Of a DNA stretch of 64,000 nucleotides, positions 20,222 through 29,402 are shown one piece after another; positions within the stretch are counted from its first letter, which is position 1, and each line of letters starts with the position of its first letter. This stretch comes from Candidatus Helarchaeota archaeon (GTDB lineage: Archaea; Asgardarchaeota; Lokiarchaeia; Helarchaeales; RDOG01): contig JAHPZH010000002.1 of NCBI GenBank assembly GCA_019058315.1, forward strand, positions 448,001-512,000. The letters are read 5' to 3'. Below the pieces are notes generated by a model, which was not told the DNA's origin, did no database searches, and saw only the letters and a list, made by a program, of their open reading frames with translations. The translations under genes were made by a program, and so were the position numbers.

Positions 20222-21829
20222 TTGATGGAAAAATACGTTAAACATTCGCTTATCAAAGAAAAAAAAATACAAAGAAGAATTTATCAAGAGACATTATTAG
20301 CTTCATGTGCAAATAAAAATAGTTTAATTATTTTACCTACAGGTCTTGGTAAAACAATAATAGCAGTCTTAATTTCTACTTATCGATTGAAAAAATTTCC
20401 AAATTCAAAGATAGTATTTCTAGCTCCTACTAAACCATTAGTAGAACAGCATTATCAAACTTATAAAAATGTCTTAACATTAGAAGAATCACTTCTCACT
20501 ACATTAACAGGAAGTGATACTCCTGAAAAACGTAATAAATTATGGAAAAAATCAAGAATTATCTTTATTACTCCTCAGACTTTAGAAAATGACCTAATCG
20601 ATAATAGAGTAAGTTTATCTTCCATATCTTTAATGATTTTTGATGAAGCTCATAGAGCAATTGGCAATTATGCATATACATTTTTAGCAAAGAAATATAT
20701 GGAAGAAGCAGATAATCCATTAATTACTGCCTTAACTGCTTCTCCTGGGAATGAAGAAAAAATCAATGAAGTAAGAGAAAACTTATTTATTAAAAATATT
20801 GAAATTCGGGATGAGAAAAGCAATGATGTTGCACCATATATCCAAGATATCAAGATTGAGAGAAAATTTATAGAGTTGCCTAAAGAATTTAAGCAGATAA
20901 AATTATTGATTGAAAAAAAACTCAAATATTATTTAAAAGAATTAAAAAAATATCATTTCGTCAAGACTTTTAATTTAAAGGAAATTAATAAAAAAGATCT
21001 ATTGGCAGTTCAAAGCAAAATTCAAGCAAAAATAAAATCTGGGGAAAAAAATACAGAAATTTTTGAATCTGTGAAAAATATTGCTGTTGCAGTTAAGCTG
21101 TCACATATGTTAGAACTATTAGAAACCCAAGGTCTAACTTCATTAAATGAATACTTTAAAAAAATGAAAGCTGGAAGAAAAAAATCTGATTTAGTAATTG
21201 TTAATGATGAAGAAATGGAAAAATTAGAAAAAATGATGCAAGATCTTATCTCAAAGAATATAGATCACCCAAAAATTGAAACTTTAAAACAAACATTGAA
21301 TGAACAGCTTCATGAAAATGAAAAATCAAGAATTATAGTTTTTATTCATTATCGAGTATCTGCACAGAAAGTAGTTGAAGTCTTAACAACTATAGATAAA
21401 ATTTATCCAATCAAATTTATTGGCCAACAAAGTAAACGTGGAGATAAAGGTCTCAGTCAAAAGGAACAAATAAGTATACTTCAAAAATTTCGAGATGGTG
21501 AATATAACGTCTTAGTTGCAACATCCGTCGCAGAAGAAGGGTTGGATATTTCTGAATGCGACCTTGTTGTCTTTTATGATGCTGTTCCCAGTAGCATTCG
21601 TACAATTCAAAGGAGAGGGAGAACAGGTAGAAAATCTCCTGGAAAAGTCATAATGTTAATAGCTAAGGGAACAAGAGATGAAGGCTATTATTGGGCATCT
21701 ATTTCTAAAGAAAAAAGAATGAAAAGAACACTTAAAGAACTGCAAAAAAATTCGGTTGATATTGAAGAAAAAAAATCAAAAATCTCTTCAAAGCAAACAA
21801 AAATTGATAAATTCTTTAAAAGTGAATAA
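20222..21829 (+). CDS. hef: Hef/FANCM-like SF2 helicase, no nuclease domain, C-terminal PIP box
   Basis: LPTGLGKT, LAPTKPLVEQH, FDEAHRAIGNYAY, LTASPG, ATSVAEEGLDI, IQRRGRTGR; ends in QTKIDKFF. Confidence 0.92.
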   Translation: MMEKYVKHSLIKEKKIQRRIYQETLLASCANKNSLIILPTGLGKTIIAVLISTYRLKKFPNSKIVFLAPTKPLVEQHYQTYKNVLTLEESLLTTLTGSDTPEKRNKLWKKSRIIFITPQTLENDLIDNRVSLSSISLMIFDEAHRAIGNYAYTFLAKKYMEEADNPLITALTASPGNEEKINEVRENLFIKNIEIRDEKSNDVAPYIQDIKIERKFIELPKEFKQIKLLIEKKLKYYLKELKKYHFVKTFNLKEINKKDLLAVQSKIQAKIKSGEKNTEIFESVKNIAVAVKLSHMLELLETQGLTSLNEYFKKMKAGRKKSDLVIVNDEEMEKLEKMMQDLISKNIDHPKIETLKQTLNEQLHENEKSRIIVFIHYRVSAQKVVEVLTTIDKIYPIKFIGQQSKRGDKGLSQKEQISILQKFRDGEYNVLVATSVAEEGLDISECDLVVFYDAVPSSIRTIQRRGRTGRKSPGKVIMLIAKGTRDEGYYWASISKEKRMKRTLKELQKNSVDIEEKKSKISSKQTKIDKFFKSE

Positions 21830-21917
21830 TAAAAAATATATCAATATCATTAAATTTCCTTTATTATAAGGATTATTTAATATTTTAAATCGATTTAATG
21901 TCTATTGTGAAATTAAA

Positions 21918-22157
21918 ATGGCAGAAAACGAAGTGCCAAAATGCAAAATTTGCGAAAAAAGAATCGAATCTGGTGAGTTTTGTGAATACCACGAACTAGC
22001 AAAGAAAAATGTTGATGCAAATTATGATAATTGGAATGAAGCATACGGTGGAGATCTTTCCTTAAAACAATATTTAGAAAAAATTGCTGAGCATGAAAAA
22101 TCTGGAAGATGGGTAAGAGAAGTCGCAGAATATCTTTTAAAAAATAAAAAATTTTAG
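21918..22157 (+). CDS. Small Zn-binding hypothetical protein (CxxC...CxxH)
   Basis: CKIC...FCEYH, then a helical region ending SGRWVREVAEYL. Confidence 0.75.
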   Translation: MAENEVPKCKICEKRIESGEFCEYHELAKKNVDANYDNWNEAYGGDLSLKQYLEKIAEHEKSGRWVREVAEYLLKNKKF

Positions 22158-22162
22158 GATTT

Positions 22163-22885
22163 TCAAATTAAATGATTCAAATTTAAAATATTTTTAGGAT
22201 CTATAACACTTTTTAATTTTCGTAACAATTTTAATTCTTCATCATTAAATCCTGATTGAACATTAATTGAGCTAAATTCTCCCTTTCTATTATCTGTTGG
22301 GCGAATAATTGGATCAAGGCGTAGTATTGCTTTAATTATAATTCCAAAAACTCCTTGTGAACCGATATAAAGTGAAGTTACGTCATACCCAGATACGGAT
22401 TTTAAAGTTTTAGAACCTGTATGAATTAATTCACCAGTTGGTAATATTACTTCTAAACCTAAAACGTAATCAGCTGTTTTATTTTGATTTTTTCCTATAA
22501 TATTATTAAAGATCATCTGGCCTATATTGAGCTCTGAGTTATCTTCTTTAAATGGAAGAAAAGTAAAATTTTCCTTGCTTAAAATTTGGTTTAAATTTTT
22601 AGCTTTTACTCTTGGCTCCACAATAGCATATCGATTTGCTACATTAATTTCACAAATTTCACTAAAATTATTAAAAATTAGAAAAATATAAGGGGTATCT
22701 CCTGATTTAGGTTTAATTTTTAATTTAACAGAATAATTATAATAAACTGGAATATGCTCTGAATTCGCGAAGAGTAATATTCTTATAATTTCTTCCTTAT
22801 TTGTAATATATACCTGAAAAATTAAGTCTTTTTTATTGAAACTAATACGATTTGCTTGTAGAAATTGCTCAATTTTTAAAGACAT
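22163..22885 (-). CDS. GlcD-like FAD-binding oxidoreductase, short form lacking the cap domain
   Basis: VLGLEVILPTGE, KSVSGYDVTSLYIGSQGVFGII, LKSVIDPKNILN. Confidence 0.75.
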   Translation of the reverse strand: MSLKIEQFLQANRISFNKKDLIFQVYITNKEEIIRILLFANSEHIPVYYNYSVKLKIKPKSGDTPYIFLIFNNFSEICEINVANRYAIVEPRVKAKNLNQILSKENFTFLPFKEDNSELNIGQMIFNNIIGKNQNKTADYVLGLEVILPTGELIHTGSKTLKSVSGYDVTSLYIGSQGVFGIIIKAILRLDPIIRPTDNRKGEFSSINVQSGFNDEELKLLRKLKSVIDPKNILNLNHLI

Positions 22886-22918
22886 TTTAATAAGTAGTGT
22901 TAATTTATTTTAAAGTAA

Positions 22919-23080
22919 TTATTTCGTAATGTCTCTTTTTTTCCAGCGCAAATTTTTTGTATGGCAACGTCTACATCTTATTGCGGCTTGAGAATTAGTG
23001 GCTCCGCACTTCCGGCATATTTTATAAAATAAAAGTGACTTGACAGCAATTGCTTTTTTAATAGGATCCGTGATTGGCAT
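22919..23080 (-). CDS. rpl40e: Ribosomal protein eL40 (L40e), missed by ORF track
   Basis: MPITDPIKKAIAVKSLLFYKICRKCGATNSQAAIRCRRCHTKNLRWKKRDITK. Confidence 0.95.
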   Translation of the reverse strand: MPITDPIKKAIAVKSLLFYKICRKCGATNSQAAIRCRRCHTKNLRWKKRDITK

Positions 23081-23189
23081 AAGTTAATCAATTCTATTTT
23101 GTTTTTTACATAATATTTTATACAACTAATAATATTTCCTTTCAATAAAAATTATTCTAATAAGTCAAAGAAAATAAGCCTAAAATTAT

Positions 23190-24869
23190 TTAAGGGACTA
23201 TGCCACTACACTCAGGGCAAATTCTTGTATGAATAGAAATTGGTGCCGAACAATGGGGACAAATTCTAACAGGATTACCACATTGTGGACAGATTTTTTT
23301 TGTGGAAGGTAGAGCTGTCTGACAATGTTTACAAATTACTTTAGCTCCTTTAATTTCTGGAACTTTTTCTGTGTCGATTTCAGTAGGGGAAATAACTTTC
23401 GATTCAGTAGTAGTTTGATTTTTACTAGTCGTATTTTTTTCTTTCTCATCTAAGGGTTTTTCTAAGCTTATGGGCTCCAAAGTTTTTTCTTTTGAACTTG
23501 AATCATCAAGTAAATCAGTTAATTCTGTAAGTGCTTCATCGAAACTTTGAATTTCTGAAGAATCAGAACTTTCTTCAGCCGTTTCTAAAAGTTTTTCCAA
23601 ATCAGTTAATGTTTCTTCAAACTCTTCTTCGGCTATTATAGGTTCTTCAGGAGTAGGTTGTTTTTTAACGGCTTCTTCAACAAGTTTTTCTGGTTCTTCA
23701 TCCTCTATCCTCAATTCTATTTTCTTCTCTACTTTATTAATTAATTGGTCTAATTTTCCAACTAATTTTTTATCATATTCGTCTAATGAAGCAACTTTTT
23801 CATCTAAAATTTTAGCTTTTGTTTCTTCCATTTCACTTGGAATTACTCTTGTCAGCTTAAGAATACCTTTTTTCTGAAACTTACGTAAAATACTCATTAG
23901 TTCTACCTTATCAATGGAAAATATATTACAGATATCTTCTATGGTGTTTCTCCCATCACACATTTTCAAAATTTTTTGTTCATTTTTTGACATTTTTACT
24001 TTAGGTTCATCAACTAATAAGATGGGAAAGTGATAAATAATATCTTCATCAGCTATTGGAACATCTGCACTTTGGGGTTGAAATTCTGGTATTTCATTTA
24101 TTTCACTCACAGGTTTCGGTGCTGAAGGTTTTGCCACAAAGGGTACAGCTGGCTTTTTTAATTCTATCGGCGGTGTGGTCTTTCTTACTACTGGAGGGGG
24201 TGGCTTTGGTTTACTTACTAACTTCACTTCTTTGGGTATCTTTATTGCAGGTTTTTCGCCAGGTTCACCTTCTTTACCGCCAATTACACGTTTTAATCTA
24301 ACCCAACCTTTCTTTTGATATTTTTTTAGTATTTCATTTACTTTCAATCTAGGTATCTTTGTTTCTTCACAAATCTCTGTAATGGTCTTCTTACTATCAA
24401 TCTTATGTAAAATCGATGCTTCATCCATAGGAAATTTCTTCTTATCAATAGAAACTGTCAGTACTGGAATTCTTTCAGCGCTCACTGTAATTGTTTTTCT
24501 AGATTCAGCTTCTTTCTTAACTGGAGTAGCTTGAATTATTTCATCTTCTATCCTATCAGCAAATCTAAACATTCTACTTTTGAATGCCAATAATTGACCC
24601 ACTGGTCCTTCTCTTGTATGTAATACAACTATGGAATGTTCTGATGTTTTAAAAAAAACAAGGTTTACACCAGAAAGGGGTATGCTATGGTCCCCAATAC
24701 CCAAAAGACTAAAATTTTCTTCGATATATGATTGAAGAAATGGAAGATATTTTTTTAAAGCTCCTTGCATGTAGTAAACTTTATCATTTTCACCAAATAT
24801 TCCTAAATAAGTGGCTTTTGATAAAATTTTATTCATATACTCGATTATTTCGTTCGCAATGTCATCCAT
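23190..24869 (-). CDS. Multidomain Asgard protein: longin/roadblock-like N-domain, two NPRL2-like winged helices, Pro-rich and acidic linkers, double zinc ribbon
   Basis: WH repeats ILHKIDSKKTITEICEE..KKGWVRL and ILKMCDGRNTIEDICN..KKGILKL; four C-terminal CxxC pairs. Confidence 0.7.
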   Translation of the reverse strand: MDDIANEIIEYMNKILSKATYLGIFGENDKVYYMQGALKKYLPFLQSYIEENFSLLGIGDHSIPLSGVNLVFFKTSEHSIVVLHTREGPVGQLLAFKSRMFRFADRIEDEIIQATPVKKEAESRKTITVSAERIPVLTVSIDKKKFPMDEASILHKIDSKKTITEICEETKIPRLKVNEILKKYQKKGWVRLKRVIGGKEGEPGEKPAIKIPKEVKLVSKPKPPPPVVRKTTPPIELKKPAVPFVAKPSAPKPVSEINEIPEFQPQSADVPIADEDIIYHFPILLVDEPKVKMSKNEQKILKMCDGRNTIEDICNIFSIDKVELMSILRKFQKKGILKLTRVIPSEMEETKAKILDEKVASLDEYDKKLVGKLDQLINKVEKKIELRIEDEEPEKLVEEAVKKQPTPEEPIIAEEEFEETLTDLEKLLETAEESSDSSEIQSFDEALTELTDLLDDSSSKEKTLEPISLEKPLDEKEKNTTSKNQTTTESKVISPTEIDTEKVPEIKGAKVICKHCQTALPSTKKICPQCGNPVRICPHCSAPISIHTRICPECSGIVP

Positions 24870-25152
24870 TTTTTATTTGTTCCCTCTTTGATAATTATAT
24901 GAAGACTTACGCTAAAATAATTTATATTTATTGATATTATTTGATTCCTAGCAAATAAATCTTAATTTCAACCAAATTAATTTTTAATTTTTTTAATTTA
25001 TACGTTTATATAAAAAAATCGAAATACGCGCACTTTTTAAGATTTCTTGATGATTAGAAAGTTAAATAGGTTCTTATTCAAGATAAGCATAAAATTATGG
25101 TAAAATAATTAGAAATAATGTATTAAATATTAAAATCTAAAACTTGATATGA

Positions 25153-25251
25153 TGGGCTTGCTGGGAATTGAACCCAGGAACCTCTGCCACGTGAGGGCAG
25201 CGTCATAACCCTTTTCCACAAGTAATTTTACTAGTGCTAGACCACAAGCCC
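25153..25251 (-). tRNA. tRNA-Val(CAC) with a 23-nt non-canonical intron at position 16/17 (25213..25235)
   Basis: Acceptor stem GGGCTTG/CAAGCCC-A, anticodon arm CTGCC-CTCACGT-GGCAG, T arm CTGGG-TTCAATT-CCCAG. The D-loop insert folds as a relaxed BHB. Confidence 0.92.
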
Positions 25252-25382
25252 TTAATTGATTATTTTTATAAATTTCTTTTTAATTCTATTATTTTAAAAA
25301 ATAAGTAGAAATATTTAATTTTATTATTACCAAGTAGACAAATTAAGAATGCTATAGTAATTAAAGGTTGTGTATAAAGAAT

Positions 25383-25577
25383 ATGCCAAAAACTATTCAA
25401 GATATCAAAGATTTTATAGAACTTTCAAAAAGTGCGACAGAATGTAGGATTAAAAGAAAAAGAGACGCTGTAAAAATTAAATTGAGAACTAAAAATACTT
25501 TATATGTATTAAAAATCGAACCTAATGAAGCAGAAGAAGTAATAAAAAAGATAAAATGTCAAATTATTGAAATGTAA
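25383..25577 (+). CDS. rpl38e: Ribosomal protein eL38
   Basis: MPKTIQDIKDFIE..A.ECRIKR...VKIKLRTKNTLYVLK. Confidence 0.9.
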   Translation: MPKTIQDIKDFIELSKSATECRIKRKRDAVKIKLRTKNTLYVLKIEPNEAEEVIKKIKCQIIEM

Positions 25578-25586
25578 TTTTAAAAA

Positions 25587-26546
25587 TTAGATTTGTATAA
25601 GTGGATAAATTAAAATCGTTGTGGGTTTAAAAAATAAAATAATTATTAATAAGGATAATAAAAAAGAAGAAATTCCTAACCCGATAGAAATTGGTAATCC
25701 AGGAAGCATTTTTCTTTTTTGTAATAATTTAAATGTTATTTTAACTCCAATTAACACTCCTATTATACTCACAAAAAAAGGTATTAATGAGATTATGAGA
25801 CCATAAGTCATTAGAAAACTAAAATAAGTATATGGAACCCTACAATTATATAATATATGAGATGTGAGCATAGTATAAAAAACTAAGTCTCCTAAGCCAA
25901 TTTCCCATTCTTCTGAACCAAAGGAGAGTTGTTTAATATAATTATCATCTTCTTCTTGATTAAGTTCCACAATTTGCTTTATTGGTCCTTTTTTTACAGC
26001 ATAAATATCCCAAATTGAGAATAAGGCTAACATTAAAAATGTTGTCCATGAGGGTAACCAAATACCTAGAAATGAACCTAACCCCCCACCTATAATTAAA
26101 AGAGATGCATTTTTTCTCCTTTCTGAAGCAGTTTCAGAAAATAATTGGTAGGTAATTATAATTCCCAATACAATTGATACAATTGTAACCGGAATATCAG
26201 AATTATAAATATTAAAAATGACCATTAAGAAGTAGCCATAAAAAATCATGATCATAGTTGTAAGGACAAGGAAACTGGTAAATAAAATTGCTCTTAATAA
26301 TTTCATTTTTCCGTATTTTATAATTAAAAAGATAAGAAATCCTCCAACAATTCCGAAGCCTAAATAAAACAAAGCATTGAAAAGACCAAAAGTTGCTCCA
26401 CCTATCGCCTCTGGAAAAATTACTGCCTCTTGATATATTTCGCCAGAGATAATAGCAATTAATGTTAGAGCGGCACCAACTATGATTGTAATTATTATAG
26501 GTATTATGGTAGATTTTTTTATGTGAAGGACTAATTCGGAGGTCAA
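25587..26546 (-). CDS. Presenilin-family GxGD intramembrane aspartyl protease
   Basis: About 9 TM segments, catalytic WDIYAV and GLGDLVFY, PAL-like LPGLPISI. Confidence 0.9.
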   Translation of the reverse strand: MTSELVLHIKKSTIIPIIITIIVGAALTLIAIISGEIYQEAVIFPEAIGGATFGLFNALFYLGFGIVGGFLIFLIIKYGKMKLLRAILFTSFLVLTTMIMIFYGYFLMVIFNIYNSDIPVTIVSIVLGIIITYQLFSETASERRKNASLLIIGGGLGSFLGIWLPSWTTFLMLALFSIWDIYAVKKGPIKQIVELNQEEDDNYIKQLSFGSEEWEIGLGDLVFYTMLTSHILYNCRVPYTYFSFLMTYGLIISLIPFFVSIIGVLIGVKITFKLLQKRKMLPGLPISIGLGISSFLLSLLIIILFFKPTTILIYPLIQI

Positions 26547-26571
26547 AAATATCTACCAAATTTAAATTTCT

Positions 26572-27852
26572 TTAATATATTTCATCTGTTTTTGGAGCAT
26601 ATGCTTCTATTTCAAGTTCTTCATTAATTTTCTTAGTAAATTCCGTACATGCGTTTTCTTCACCATGTATACAAAAGATTTTTGCGTCTGGGTTTAAATC
26701 TAGATTTTCTACGAATTTCCATAATTGATTTTTATCCGCATGGGATGAAAAGTTATAATTATTTAATTTCGCATCCACCATAATCTTTTCATGGTCCTCT
26801 TTAGATACAAAATACCCATTATCCAATAATAAACGTCCTGGACTTTCAGGAACTTGATAACTTACAAGAAAAATCCCATTATTTTCATTATTAGCAAGAG
26901 ATTCTAGATACATTACAGCAGTTCCACCTTGTAACATACCACTAGGAGCAATAATAACTCCGGGTTTAGACATAGCAGCTAATCTTTCCTTCCTCTTTTT
27001 TCGGTGAAATGATATAAGTTTCCCCTTTTTCAACGCAGATTTATAAAAATCAAAATCTTTCATAAAAGCTGGGTGATCCCTAATAATTAAACTTGCTGTT
27101 CGTGCCATTCCATCAAGATGAATTGGATATTTAATGTTATATTTCGTTAAAACTAGTAAAATTTCTTGAGATCTACTCACACCAAATGCCGGAACTAAAA
27201 CTATGCCATCATTTTCGACTATTTGCTTTACATCTTGGAAAAAATCTTTCTCAGTTTGTAAACGATCTGGATGCTCCTCTAAAGCGTAGGTACTCTCAAT
27301 TATTACATAATCCAGATTAGGAAAATCTATATGTGCATTATTAACTAATCTAGTCTGTGATAAATTAAAGTCGCCAGTATATAGAATCCTCTTTCCATCA
27401 ATTTCTAATAAAGTAATTATACTACCAGGAATATGCCCTGCGTTATAGAATGTTAAAGAAATTCCATTTTTAATTTTCACTTTATTATATCCAAAGGTCT
27501 GCGTGTTTTTTATCATCTGAATTACTTCCTGCTTTTCATAGGGCAGGAAATATTTAGAGATTTTAATCGTATCAAAAATAATTAAACGTGCCAGATCAAT
27601 GGTGGGTGGTGTTGTAAGTAATTTCGGAGTCGCAGTACCACTATATAGAAGAGGTAAACCACATGAATGATCTGCATGACAATGTGATAAGACAATAAAA
27701 TTTAAATCTTTTGGGCTGACAATAGAGGGAAATTTAGGAGGTTTTCCCATCATCATTCCATAATCTAATAATATATTTTTATTATCAGAACTAATTGAAA
27801 TAGCAGAACCGCCTATAGTCCTGCAACCACCTAAGAATTTCATCTCGACCAT
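26572..27852 (-). CDS. MBL-fold beta-CASP ribonuclease (no KH domains)
   Basis: LSHCHADHS, AGHIPGS, YTGDF, IESTY, FSSHAD, IHGE. Confidence 0.9.
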   Translation of the reverse strand: MVEMKFLGGCRTIGGSAISISSDNKNILLDYGMMMGKPPKFPSIVSPKDLNFIVLSHCHADHSCGLPLLYSGTATPKLLTTPPTIDLARLIIFDTIKISKYFLPYEKQEVIQMIKNTQTFGYNKVKIKNGISLTFYNAGHIPGSIITLLEIDGKRILYTGDFNLSQTRLVNNAHIDFPNLDYVIIESTYALEEHPDRLQTEKDFFQDVKQIVENDGIVLVPAFGVSRSQEILLVLTKYNIKYPIHLDGMARTASLIIRDHPAFMKDFDFYKSALKKGKLISFHRKKRKERLAAMSKPGVIIAPSGMLQGGTAVMYLESLANNENNGIFLVSYQVPESPGRLLLDNGYFVSKEDHEKIMVDAKLNNYNFSSHADKNQLWKFVENLDLNPDAKIFCIHGEENACTEFTKKINEELEIEAYAPKTDEIY

Positions 27853-28013
27853 TAAATTCAGTCCGATTTTGACACAGTGCACTTGCGTATTTGAAAAAAT
27901 TAGTATTAATTCATTTTATTTAACTAGATTATGTAAAAAAAATACCTTTTTTATATTTAGTAATGTAATCAGATTACTATAAAAATATAAAAATTAGGTG
28001 AATAATTCAGAAA

Positions 28014-28868
28014 TTAACAAATATATCCAAAGTTAGCTTGTTCAGAGCTTGAATTAAGACCCAATTCTTTTTTGATTGTTTCTTTTTCGTTATTTAATTT
28101 TACTTCCATTCCCATTATTTGTTCATGAGTAAATTCTGCATCCATCGTAAGAGATAGTTCCTCATTTAAAACTTCAATCAATCTTAAAGATGCTTTTAAA
28201 TCGTATGAGTCCCCATTCATAGCTGCATAACCATTAGTTTCAGCTAGTAAAACCACTCCGTCAATTTCAAAATTCCTTTTTGCTAAAGTAGGTACGAGTC
28301 CATTTACACCAATTACTACTCCTTTATTTATTTTTTGAATCCATTCATTTTTTGCGAATTTGTCTAGCAACTCTTTAGATGTCGCTGTTACATAAACAAA
28401 GGTTTCTTTGTTTGGTCTCTCAATTGGATAGCCTCCTAACGTTAAGATAAGATTTACATTATAATTTGCCATTAACTTAGCTATAAATTCAGATATTGTA
28501 TAAATTCCTCTTGGACTCATGGGCTGAGCGTCTGCAGTGACTAAAAATATATCCTGCTTATTTAGTGGATCTTTATAAAAATAGATTTCGGCTGTAGGGG
28601 CATAAAGTAATGAATCATTTATAATTGCACCTGCAGGATAATCAGAAAAAGTAATATCTATGATTTTCTCTGCTTTAAAAGCTTTTATTAAATGATCCAA
28701 GGCAATCTTACCTATATCTGCAACTCCTGGCGCACCTAGAATGCAAATTGGGTCATTTAAATCATTTCTATCAATATCATTTAACACTCTCAAATTTGTA
28801 ATAAAATCATTATTTTGACTACCACACACCATGTTTTCGACTGGAACATTTTTTTTCATTTTTTTCAA
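28014..28868 (-). CDS. PAC2-family proteasome assembly chaperone
   Basis: GAPGVADIGKIA, TADAQP, TLGGY, GVNGLVP, LLAET; C-terminal GYIC. Confidence 0.85.
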   Translation of the reverse strand: MKKMKKNVPVENMVCGSQNNDFITNLRVLNDIDRNDLNDPICILGAPGVADIGKIALDHLIKAFKAEKIIDITFSDYPAGAIINDSLLYAPTAEIYFYKDPLNKQDIFLVTADAQPMSPRGIYTISEFIAKLMANYNVNLILTLGGYPIERPNKETFVYVTATSKELLDKFAKNEWIQKINKGVVIGVNGLVPTLAKRNFEIDGVVLLAETNGYAAMNGDSYDLKASLRLIEVLNEELSLTMDAEFTHEQIMGMEVKLNNEKETIKKELGLNSSSEQANFGYIC

Positions 28869-29402
28869 AACTCCATTTACTTAAACACTTTTTTGATTAG
28901 TATGACTATATTTCTATTGGAGACTATTTATTTGTTAACAATATCTAGGTATTACAATCGTAATACGTTAATAATACAGATGTAATATCTGGGTATATAG
29001 TTTTAACAAACTTTATCATAATTATTCTTTAAAACTTCTATAAAAAAAATTCAAACGCTGCCAATGATAACTAATATAAATAAAATAATTGAAAATATGG
29101 GAGTAAAAAGAAAATTCGCAAAGTAAAATGATAAAAGTCTATTTTTCAGGTTCCAATTTATTCTTTTTACTCAATATTATTACTGAGTTTTTTTATTATT
29201 GTAAACTTTTTAAGTGATCTTTGTTAAAATATTAAAAAGAACTTGAGGTTTAGGATATAAATATAAGATTAGATATTTTTTTCTTATAATTAAGCCAATT
29301 CTCATTACATTTATCCTACCAAGATTTTAAATCTCAATTTTTTATACTTCATTTCAAAAATTATAATAATAAAAAATAATCATATTTAACGAAGGTGATG
29401 TC

